DNA from: Hormiphora californensis
Lineage: Eukaryota > Animalia > Ctenophora
Assembly: GCA_020137815.1 (NCBI GenBank)
Contig: CM035351.1
Location: 5,208,001 to 5,272,000, forward strand
DNA: 64,000 nt
Direction of reading: 5' to 3'
The position numbers and the translations under genes were made by a program. Below, piece after piece: positions 1-17,764 of the stretch. The notes beneath the pieces were generated by a model, which made no database searches, was not told where the DNA came from, and worked only from the letters and a program-made list of their open reading frames with translations. The stretch's first letter is position 1, and each line of letters begins with the position of its first letter.

Positions 1-109
1 TCATCTCTGAACCTCATCTTCCATTTCCTAGTTACACACTAGTCGCCGTCCAATTAGGGTGGTTAATTAGTTAGTAATTAGCGATAATTGGATTCCCCCT
101 CTCTCGCAG

Positions 110-7043
<6,934 letters not shown>

Positions 7044-7204
7044 TCATGGGTTGTGGGTTGGTATTTTTATTTAGTTTTAGCCTTTATATTTAACCTTGTT
7101 TTCACATCCCCACACAAATGAGAGAGGAGTGGGTCTTCAGTCTTGGGAGACAGAATGAATGGGAATGGGTTGAAAGAGTAATCATTTGTTAATAGGGAGA
7201 GAAT

Positions 7205-7208
<4 letters not shown>

Positions 7209-7282
<74 letters not shown>
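7209..7282. repeat. (GA)n microsatellite downstream of the EPC stop codon
   Basis: Direct reading. Confidence 0.95.
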
Positions 7283-7284
<2 letters not shown>

Positions 7285-9297
7285 ATATAATCCCCTTCTA
7301 CTAAACTTGCTGATTTGTGTTAAAGTTGCTTGAATTGTTATCTATGTTATAAGTTAAGTCGTCAAATAACTTGTAGTTTGCACAAGTATGTAGTGCAGAT
7401 TATTATCACCTCAAAAACAAACGTGTTTTGACTTTGAAACCTAACACTGGGGAAAACTAGCAAATATTTTGAGGAGTCCGATTTGGTACGCGCAAATAAA
7501 ATCCGCGCCGCGCGCAGTGTTGGAATGCGCTGCACTGCAGCGTAAAATAAATCGAACAACTCGGTGTCGGCTTGTTGTGGCCAGCGTTAAAATCGGAAAA
7601 CGTTAAAATCTGGGTGCCTTCCATTGCTAACAATTCATCGATTTTGGCGGTCGAGACGGGTTAGGGCTGTTGTTAGGGTCGGGTTAGGGCTTTGTTTGGG
7701 GTCATCGGTTAGGGCTATCGATTCTCTATCAGACACCGTTTAGTTTACTCAAATCGGCCATGTGGTTGCGTGGCTATAGCCGTTTGAAAAAAGTCGGTCT
7801 AGGAAATAAAAGTGTACTCTTTTTGGTAGCGCGCACCTGTAAACACGCTGCAAGGCACCCAGATTATAATCACGCCCGTTAAAATCTGGGTGTTTTGGGA
7901 GTGCTGACAAACGGTTTTTTAGGGTTAGGGCTAAAGTAGGGCTGGGGTTAGGCCTTGACATTCCCTACCAGATAAACGTTGAATCAGCCAAAACGGTTGA
8001 GGGGTTTGGCGGTTAGAGCCATTTTAGTGAATCAACTTTTTTGGCAGGGCGCACCTGTAAACAGGCCTGAGGCCTCCAAACACCCATATCGTAACGGCGC
8101 CCGCTTGTTGTTTCTTCAAAAAGAGAAAGGGTTTGGGTTTGAAAAACGCTGCCCTATCGGGGGCCAGCAGCGTTTGCCAAGGTTTTGGTTGGGGTTAGGC
8201 CTTGACATTCCCTACCAGATAAGCTTTGAATTAGCCAAAACGGTTGAGTGGTTTGGCGGTTAGAGCCATTTGTAAACAGGCCACGAGACACCCAGATTGT
8301 AACGGCGCCCGAAAGCACGTTGGCTGCAGTAGTCCCTAGAAGACTGAAGACGTCTGACATAGATCAGTCGTAAGCTCCTGTTCTTAATTGAATATTAGTA
8401 CTGCAAAATCGTTGTTTCTCTTTAATTGTAGTCCCTAGAAGCCGTGGGAAACGCGCACACTAGGGGTCTGCAGCACATGCCAAGAAAGCAGGTTTTTTTA
8501 CATTTCCATCGCATGACCTGAGTCCTAATTCGATCATCACAGATGATTCACAGTTTACGAGAGCGTATGGGAGCTGTTATCTGCGATGTTTGGTCTAATA
8601 TATTTGGTCTAAATAGGTCACGTGGTACTGAACTATAGCACTCTGCAGAATTTCTGTGGTTTCTCATTCTGTGACCTATGATTTTAGAAAGTGTGTGAAT
8701 GTTTAGTGTAATGTGTGCTTCAATACATATTATTACACTAAAAAGAAGTACATATGGTGGCCCGAGGAATGTGTGTATCGGCGTCCATTACATTGGTGCT
8801 CCGTCATATTGGCTGCCCAGTGCCCACTGCCCACACAGCGCCGCCCACGACGTGGTCCACGACGTCCAAGGCGAAATAGCAAACAAAATTATCGGACTGC
8901 GTCTTAGACGTCGTTGACAGCGTCATAGGCAACGCTTCATACAGGCGGCCAATATGACCGCTACTGTCTCTATCCACTCAATTTTCAAAGTCTCCAATGT
9001 ACATTGATGGTGCATTACAGTCACCTTTTAATTATACTGTTGTCATCGGCCGCTCGAGAGGGATGCAGCGACATCTAGTTCTTGCAAGGAGATATATTCA
9101 ATTTAACTGTCTAACAACCTGACGGGATATCTCGAGCTATTGCATTCTGATCTGGATTTACCACAGTCCAGGAGTGATTAATTGTGTGTGTTTTCAGCTA
9201 CCAACACGTGTACTCTTGTCGAATCACGTTACACTGGCTTTTCGCTACACTGAACTGTTGTACTTTTAACTCAATCGCTATTTTTACTAGGTTAATT

Positions 9298-12133
9298 ATG
9301 TCAACTACAACAATCAAATCGAGTTTTCTGACATCGTTACTCTCCAAAAGCCGTTACAGTTTAGGAGCCATCAACTATTTTCAAGGGTTTGCTTGGTCTG
9401 TGAATGTGATACTAAGTGAAACTGGTAAGGATATTCAAGCGTATCTTTCCTGTGCACCAATAAACTCCACCAAGGAATGGATGTGCGCAACTTCATTTTC
9501 ATTGGTCGGCAGGTGAGTAGAACTTCGCTCCTAATAAAAGGCTGCAATAAAAGGCTGCAGAAAAAGGCTGCAATAAAAGGCTGCAGAAAAAGGCTGCAGA
9601 AAAAGGCTGCAGAAAAAGGCTGCAATAAAAGGCTGCAATAAAAGGCTGCAATGGATCACATATCCAACTGGACTAAAGCACTAAAGCAGGAGATAGACCG
9701 AATCGTCCTCCCCTAATAGTGTTTTGTTTCACGTATCGGTTTCTACCATAAGCGGTAGAGAGACCGAATCACCCGCCCCTAATTATAGTGATTCGTGCCT
9801 GGTATCCAACTAAACCATAGGCGGTAGATAGACGGAGATAGAGAGTTAGAGAGGTGAGAGTGAGAGATCCGAATCATGGACGACTAATCAAGTATTGTAT
9901 CACGTTTCATGATATCCTCTAATTAATTAAATGAAAGGCGGTTACCTATAATTTGACCTAATCGGTGCCAATACGTGATTACTGATTTTCTACCGTTATT
10001 CGCCAATAGTCTTTATGTACACAATTCAGTAGAGCGGAATCACACATAATACTATGATAGGTGAACCAAGTGGTTGGGTGGTTCACCTGTGATTGTGCTA
10101 CACGCTCAATCAATAGATCTACCCTACCTCATTAGACCAACACTCTCAGTAGTTACTGACTACCTCTACTGAATCGTGGATCGATACGGAAAGACTAATG
10201 GAGAATACATAGCGGTAGAGAATCACGTATCGGGACCGATGAGGTCTCATTGTCAATTGGTAACCGCTTTTCATTAGAGGATACCATGGTACGTGATACC
10301 ATACCGCGATTCTTATTTTTCACACTCTCAGTTCTCACTCGTACTCGCTCTCTATCTCGGTCTCTCTCTATTGCCTATGGTCTAGTTGGATACGTGACAC
10401 GAATCACTATAATTAGGGGAGGGTTATTCGGTCTCACTACAGCCGATACGTGATACGAAACACTATTAGGGGAGGACGATTCGGTCTATCCCCCGCTTTA
10501 GTCTGGTTGGATACGTGATCCCTTGCAGCCTTTTATTGCAGCCTTTTATTGCAGCCTTTTATTGCAGCCTTTTTCTGCAGCCTTTTATTGCAGCCTTTTA
10601 TTGCAGCCTTTTTCTGCAGCCTTTTATTGCAGCCTTTTATTGCAGCCTTTTATTAGGAGCGAAGTTCTACTCACCTGCCCATTGGTCAACCCTAGAACAG
10701 GAGTCAACGTTAATTCTACAAAAAAATATTCTAATGTTAAATATCTCTCATGTAGTGCTGGAAAATTGGACACATTTGAAAGCGTAAGAAAAGTTGACTG
10801 GTTTACGATTGAGGCTAATATTACAATCAATGACTGTTATATTGGACCGCCTACTGTCATTGAAGCGAGGCCGAACTTGGTGATTTTTCATCGATTGGCA
10901 AAGACCTTTGTGTCGGTGATAAAGCAAACTAGCTGTTATGAAGCCAATGGGGCTACTTGGATTGCGGAAGGTCACAAATCTGAAAATGGGCTAAAGTTCA
11001 TGGTTAAAAAGTACACACCAAATGGCTTAGTTTCTTGGAAAGACCTCACGGTAACTATTCGGAGCCCAAACTCTGTAGAAACTGTTTCTAATTCAAGAGA
11101 GCTCTTGTTCCTAAAAAAGATTGAAGAACAGTCAATTGTAACTTTTTTCATCCACGATCAACCATTTACGTGTGAGACTGAGATTTCAAAGGGGTTTGAT
11201 TTTGGGAGAGAGAAACTGTCCTGCCATATCCATGGGAATGTAAACTTTAGTCTTCAAGATGGAAGCACAATTCCTCTGAACTCCTACATTCTGGCTCACA
11301 ACTCTCCTGTCTTGACAGAGCTTGTGGAGGAGGTTGGAGAGATTGATCATGATGTTACTGACTTTCATCCTGAGGCTGTCAGAATCTTCGTTGATGCGTG
11401 TTACACTGGGAGTGTTGAAATGCTAAATAATGACACTAAGTTTAGCGTCTTCAGCGACTTTGTAAAAATGGTTTCTGTCTTCAAAGTTGATTGGGCAAAA
11501 GAACAATGTCTTGGATTCTATAAGAGGCTGCTACCCGCACCCTCTGACGATTTTGATAGTTACTGGAGCTTCGCCTTGCTAGCACTTGACTCAGCAGTGA
11601 AGTATGGAGACACACACTTCCTAGAATACCTTCTATCAAACACCCCAAAGAACACTGGTGAATTTCAATTCTGCTTTTCTGAGCTGCTTGCAAAGACTTC
11701 AAAGCGGTCCCATCTCGATTTGATTATGGTTATGATAGTTGAGTTTGATCTTGTGGATGAGTTTTTGAAACAAATTCTTACTTTACTGGCCGTAAGGTTT
11801 CAGATTCCTCTGCTTGATTACTGGCTGGCAAACTTTAACTTTACCCTCTGTGACAAGGACATACTCCTGCTTCTCACTAAGGCCATAGAGCAGAACTCCA
11901 ATGCGGAAGTTCTATGCAAGTTTAAAATGTCGCTAAACAACGATGACGCGAAAAACCTGGAGATTGAAAATGAGGTATCTGGAGATGGTACACTGGCGAC
12001 TCTGGCAAGGAACCACTGGAACAAGATTGTGAACTCAGCATGGCCCTGTTCCAAGAAGCGGCCATTTTGTCTCATCAAGAGAGAACTATGTGAGGATGAG
12101 GATAAAGGAAGGAAGGCACAAGACGGGGCTTAG
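9298..12133 (+). CDS. MATH-like + BTB/POZ domain protein. Predicted exons 9298-9512 and 10696-12133 (550 aa); the single intron is a transposon
   Basis: Exon 1 FQGFAWSVNV..IQAYLSC..WMCATSFSLV continues after the insertion as NPRTG..FTIEANITI (MATH-like pattern). NVNFSLQDGSTIPLNSYILAHNSPVL..DFHPEAVRIFVDACYTG is BTB-like. The joined CDS is 1653 nt and in frame. Confidence 0.75.
9508..10679. mobile_element. Non-autonomous TIR element, 8-bp TSD, GG...CC termini (Merlin-like), with 13-bp subterminal tandem repeats
   Basis: CATTGGTC|GGCAGGTGAGTAGAACTTCGCTCCTAATAAAAGG...CCTTTTATTAGGAGCGAAGTTCTACTCACCTGCC|CATTGGTC. (AATAAAAGGCTGC)n-type arrays at about 9533-9651 and inverted at about 10525-10654. 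Superfamily assignment is an inference. Confidence 0.92.
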
Positions 12134-12461
12134 TGTAAATTATCTGTAGCAAAGTGAATGAACAAGCACGGGTGGTATGAATGTTTGTACAACAACATTT
12201 TTAAACTATTTTTAAACGTTTTAATATATTCACTAACCAAATATGTAATATCTATTTTAAGTTGTTTGCTTACCATACATTAATTATAATCATTTTTATC
12301 ATCGTTTATTTTAATTAATAATTGGTTACGAAGTCACCCCTATATTACCACAATTAATACCTTGTTGTTTTCTTAGTCGTCCATTTCTTTGTCGTTTTGC
12401 CAAGTGCCATCTCTCACTATATACCACTATGTCTAGATATGTCAGTCGATTGAAGCGCAAT

Positions 12462-13841
12462 ATGAGTGGGGGATTTGATCCATGTGAATGTGCCTTCAGT
12501 CAGGAGGCTGCCATGAGGCGACTCCTATCACTGGTATGTGTTTCTTCAAACCCATTTTAGAGAGGGTCGAGTAAGACACTGCACTATGACGTGTATCTTA
12601 CAATTATTGCTATCCATTTTCAAGTCCAATGTGAAGTCCTACTTTGCTGACCATTAAATATTTTCAGTTACGGCAGGGGCAATCATACTGCACTGACACA
12701 GAATGTGATAACCGTAAGTGAAACTATGTTTTCCCCTGTTTCTATACCTACTCATTCGACATATTCGATTTCTAGCAGTTCATGAAATCTCACATTTTAT
12801 ACCCAATATCCTTGTCCATATATCCCCTTCGTCTTTACCCCCTTCCTTTTCTCAAAACCGCCCCTTGACCCTTCCCTTTCCTCAGTACCCAATATTCCTG
12901 CCGGACAGAACCAGGGGGACTGGAATCAGTCCATGATGATGGTATTTGGAATGTTCTTCACTCTCTTGATGATGTGGTACATGAGGTGAGATAATACAGG
13001 AACATAATATTAGGAATTAGGACACAATTACCATGTTTAGTGGGTTGCAATAAACACATTCCTCACACATCACAGTTGTAATTCACTACCAGATACCGAG
13101 CACAGTTTTAAGCCAACCCCCTTCTCCCCTCCTGGATAGTGGATATATCTTGTAGGATATACGTTGTAATCCCTCCCTCTCTCACCCAGGCCTGCTTCAT
13201 TGAGACGACAAGAGAACCCACTTCAGAAGCCAGAACGACCCGGAAGGAGCAACGAACCAGATGATGAGGTACCGTATAATATCTTGTTAATTACCTGTTG
13301 ATTAAACCAACACTAATTGTTTGTTGGACCAACCCAAATTATAAAATAATTGGATACACTGTACGGTATAAGTAGACAACGCTATATAATACACCGCTAT
13401 ACACGTTACAACTCCCATGTCCGTTTCAAAGTGGTAACTGCCCTAACTGGTATGATAGACTACTTACCGCTGCCCCGGTAGAATTATTCACTCAGTTTTG
13501 AGCAACCTCTCCTTTGTATTCTATACATTCGCATGGATGTTCTAACAGAAAATGAAATCCCATAGAGGGATAAAGAGGGGGCGGTTGCTGCACTAGTTTG
13601 GAAGTTGAATGAAGCAGTGTTGTCCCCTATTCATCACCTCTTTCGCAATTTTAGCTTGCAAACAACGAAGAAAAAAGCTCCACGTTCCATGTTTTCTCCT
13701 CCACGTATACCATTAAGACACTTCATGTTTTCTCTTCCCCCCATTACCCGTCAAACACATTCATCTAGCTCCAGAGACTAGAGAGTGTTTGTGTTGATGT
13801 TACATGTTTAGCTGACACACAGTGTCCCTCATGTAAACTCC

Positions 13842-13935
<94 letters not shown>

Positions 13936-16900
13936 ATGCACCCTCTCTGTCTCCGACTCTCCTTTTCTACACTCTGAGCGGTCAGTGCATCCTCCTTGTA
14001 TAGTAAACGGAGTAAACGGAGGAAATGCTTATGCGATTCAGGACTAACCAAGAGCGGGGGGGGGGGGCCCGCGTGAATTTAATATCCATGTCCTAAATAA
14101 ACACGTCCGACTTTAATGTCCCTGGGACATTAAAGGACATTAAAGGACATTAAAAGACATTAAAGGACATTTAATAAAAACATGAATTTTCAGCTATTAT
14201 TAAACTAAAATGGTGTTTTCAACCACTTAATATTTACTCCTAATGTCCCCTCTGTCGATTCCAACCAATACCATAGATGTTGGCGGTGATTAAGCCTCAT
14301 TTTAGGGTGGCCCGCTACCTCTAAGCGAACCCCGGAAATTTTTAAGTTTTGGACTAAATGTCAAGGTTTTAAAGTGAAAATAGCCCCGATTTTGATGAAA
14401 CTAAGTCAGAATGGTCTTTGGTGTCTAATTAGAAGTCAAAAAGTTTTAAAGTGCTCAAATTCTAAATTTAGGTTTTTCTAGGTTTTTTAGGTTTTTTGGC
14501 TTTTATGGGTTTCAGGAACGTCCTAGAACAAAATAAATAGAGTCATCTTTCTCGGCGTGAAATTCTGCATCGATTATAGTGGCTATAAACCTTTTTATGA
14601 TTTAGTCGTAAGATTCAGGAGTTATCCCAAAAAACCAAACGGGTATGCTTCATTTAGTAAGGTTTTTTAGGTTTTATTCGTTACACAGACATCGCAGATC
14701 AAAATGGTTTTCACCAAAATGATTTCCTCATCAATACACGTCGATTGAGTACCTATAACATGGTGTTCTGACAAGAGGTTCGCCCGTTAGCCTAAAACAT
14801 GTACCCGCCCCTATAACATGTACCCTTTTGGGATTTTTTGGGATAACTTTACGTCATAGAAAGGTTTATAGCAACTAAAATCGATGCAGAATTTCACGCT
14901 GAGAAAGATGGTTCTATTCATTTTGTTCTAGGACGTTCCTGAAACCAATAGGAAAACCTAAATTTAGGATTTGAGCACTAATTATTTAACTTCTAATTAG
15001 ACACCAAACTGTTCTCTCTCACTTTAATGCTTTTGGTGTCTTCTCTACTCGTTTCATAAGATGATTTTGAGATATCTTCTAGGCTAGAAATATGCACATG
15101 TAAAAAAGGTACCACACGCAAAAGCAAGCCTAATCACCACTTAACATTTATGAACCTTCATTGGAATCGAAAGGTGGGACCTTTAGTAGTACACTGGTGG
15201 TAATAAACATGTTTGGTAACACATTTTGTAATGGTTTTTGGAAGTTATAATTTAATGTCTTTTAATGTCTTTTGATGTCCTTTAATGTCCTAAATAAACA
15301 CGGCCAATTTAATGTCCCAAAAATCGAGGGACATTAAAGGACATTTTAATACGCGGGCCCCCCCCCCCCAAGAGCCTAGGATAGTGGGTTTAAGGGTACG
15401 CTAACCAAAAATTTTTTTCGAGTGCAGGGAAATCTCTCACCGTAGGGTTATAGGCCATACCAAGGAGACCTCAAATATGCAATTTTAGCCATTAAGTCGA
15501 ATTCATATTTTTGCTACACCTGTTTAAAAAATGTCCTGTAAATTCGTTTTTGGCATCTCGAAAAAAATTTTTTAAAGATAGGAGCATGAAAATTTGGGGA
15601 TTTGAAGAGGACATGAAGGTGAATAACCACAAAAACTTTTTTTGCAATCCGAGCTGATTTCCGGTCCTGAGATGGATTTCTTTTTTTCCACTTTAACGCC
15701 CTGTTTGGCAAAGTTCCGAAAACATGTGAAAGCTGTAAATTGGTGAAAAGTTGCGTCTAACGATTATCTAAGTGGCCATAAATTTTGGGCGTGTCCTTAT
15801 TTGAGATAAGCTGTACAGAGTTTTTTTTGTGAAAGCCGTCATTTCAGAAATAAATAAATTCCCTGTATCTCAAAAACGGCTGATCGTAGAGATCTGAGAC
15901 TATGCTTAAACGATTCAGAAGGTCCAATTTTGGGGGGGTCTTCTGAGAGACATTTTGCTCCTACTTCAACCGTTTTTGCTGTAATTGCGAAAAACAAAAA
16001 CCCATCTTCGCCATCGTGGATTTTTTGTGATTTTGTTTTTGGTGATTATAGGGACCCATATGGACCAAATAGTGAAGGAATTAGCTTGTTACACACTTTT
16101 CCATAGTTTCGGTCCTTTCTTAGCTAAAATTCCCTAATTACAGGATATTGGAGTTTAGCTTTTGCCCTTTTCATAGAATTTGTTTTTCGCAATTACAGCA
16201 AAAACGGTTGAAGTAGGAGCAAAATGTCTCTCAGAAGACCCCCCCAAAATCGGACCTTCTGAATCGTTTAAGCATAGTCTCAGGTCTCTACGATCAGCCG
16301 TTTTTGAGATACAGGGAATTTATTCATTTCTGAAATGACGGCTTTCACAAAAAAAACTCTGTACAGCTTATCTCAAATAAGGACACGCCCAAAATTTATG
16401 GCCACTTAGATAATCGTTAGACGCAACTTTTGACCAATTTACAGCTTTCACATGTTTTCGGAACTTTGCCAAATAGGGCGTTAAAGTGGAAAAAAAGAAA
16501 TCCATCTCAGGACCGGAAATCAGCTCGGATTGCAAAAGAAATTTTTGTGGTTATTCACCTATATGTCCTCTTCAAATCCCCAAATTTTCATGCTCCTATC
16601 TTTAAAAAATTTTTTTCGAGATGCCAAAAACGAATTTACAGGACATTTTTTAAACAGCTGTAGCAAAAATATGAATTCGACTTAATGGCTAAAATTGCAT
16701 ATTTGAGGTCTCCTTGGCATGGCCTACAACCCTACGGTGAGAGATTTCCCTGCACTCGAAAAAAATTTTTGGTTAGCGTACCCTTAAAGGTTATGTAAGA
16801 GGAAGAGAGAAGGAGAGAGAGAGAGAGAGGGATAGAGAGAGAGAGAGACAGAAAGAGAGAGAGAAAAAGAGAGAGAGAGATAGTGAGAGAGTGTGGTTGT

Positions 16901-17428
16901 GTAGAGTGAATGAGTGTGAAAGAAGAATGATCAAAAAAGGAAAACACTGGTAACAGATCTCAAACACTTTGCATGTCAGATTGTGTTTGTCAGACTGTGC
17001 CACGTCACCATCCCACTCAAGTTTGTGTTACCCCTCCTTATAGTATCCCCCCATCGAACTGTGTACCAGCCGGACACCTACCATCCCTCCCACACTTCCG
17101 CTATATTATACAGATCAGGCTTAGTACAAGTTGGATATTATATAGAGCGTATATTTGTACACACAGACAACCCTCACATGTGGTGAGAGCGACTTGACGT
17201 AGGGCGCGATCGCCACACACTTCTCTACAGTAGAGAGCTCTTATTGTCATCACAGCATGTAAACAGGAGCAAAGCACCCAGACCACAAACACAATGCTAT
17301 ACTACGTACCGTTCGAAATACCTGCCTGCGATTCACAACTGGCTCAATTTATGATTTAAAACCATTTTTTTTCGATCAAATAACGCCAATATCTATTTCA
17401 GGAACCCGGACCGTCAGGAATGTCTTAG
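12462..17428 (+). CDS. SMIM14: Small integral membrane protein 14. Exons 12462-12533, 12668-12713, 12886-12985, 13190-13268, probable last exon 17402-17428 (or read-through stop at 13301)
   Basis: [39 protein letters not shown]..RP matches the SMIM14 N-terminal signature. The last exon (EPGPSGMS*) is phase-compatible but tentative. Confidence 0.88.
14056..15367. mobile_element. Non-autonomous TIR element with poly-G/poly-C termini and 8-bp TSD
   Basis: CCAAGAGC|GGGG..GCCCGCGT...ACGCGGGCCC..C|CCAAGAGC. GGACATTAAA subterminal repeats and internal imperfect inverted repeats. Superfamily unresolved (MULE- or Merlin-like). Confidence 0.82.
15394..16783. mobile_element. Fold-back MITE with ~600-bp arms, Kolobok-like
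   Basis: TTAA|GGGTACGCTAACC...GGTTAGCGTACCC|TTAA. The mirror ORFs at 15514 and 16430 come from the two arms. Confidence 0.88.
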
Positions 17429-17764
17429 AGAGCCGGAGAAAATGAAGCGACAGGACAGGGCAGAAAGCTACATTTGACAAGACACTTATTTGAGTGTGAA
17501 TTAATTTTCCAAGGATTTTCTAAGGATATGATATTGGACAATGAACATAGTAGCGCTTTTAATTTGAGCTTAGGTTTTTTTTTCTATAGAACACCTTTTG
17601 CCAAAACTGCTTGTGCATCATGCTCTCTCTTTTTTCTGGGGATTTTAATACTTTGTCATGATGATGATATTGATATGTGTGTCATGTAGATATTACGATA
17701 ATTCAGCTGTAAAATAATTCATTTAGCAACAACTTTCAACAAACTACCGCTCTATAAATTGTCT

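Noticed and set aside
10523-10695. N-terminus of the 536-aa ORF (QPFIAAFYCSLL repeats)
   Set aside because: Translation of the transposon's 13-bp repeats. The real N-terminus is at 9298.
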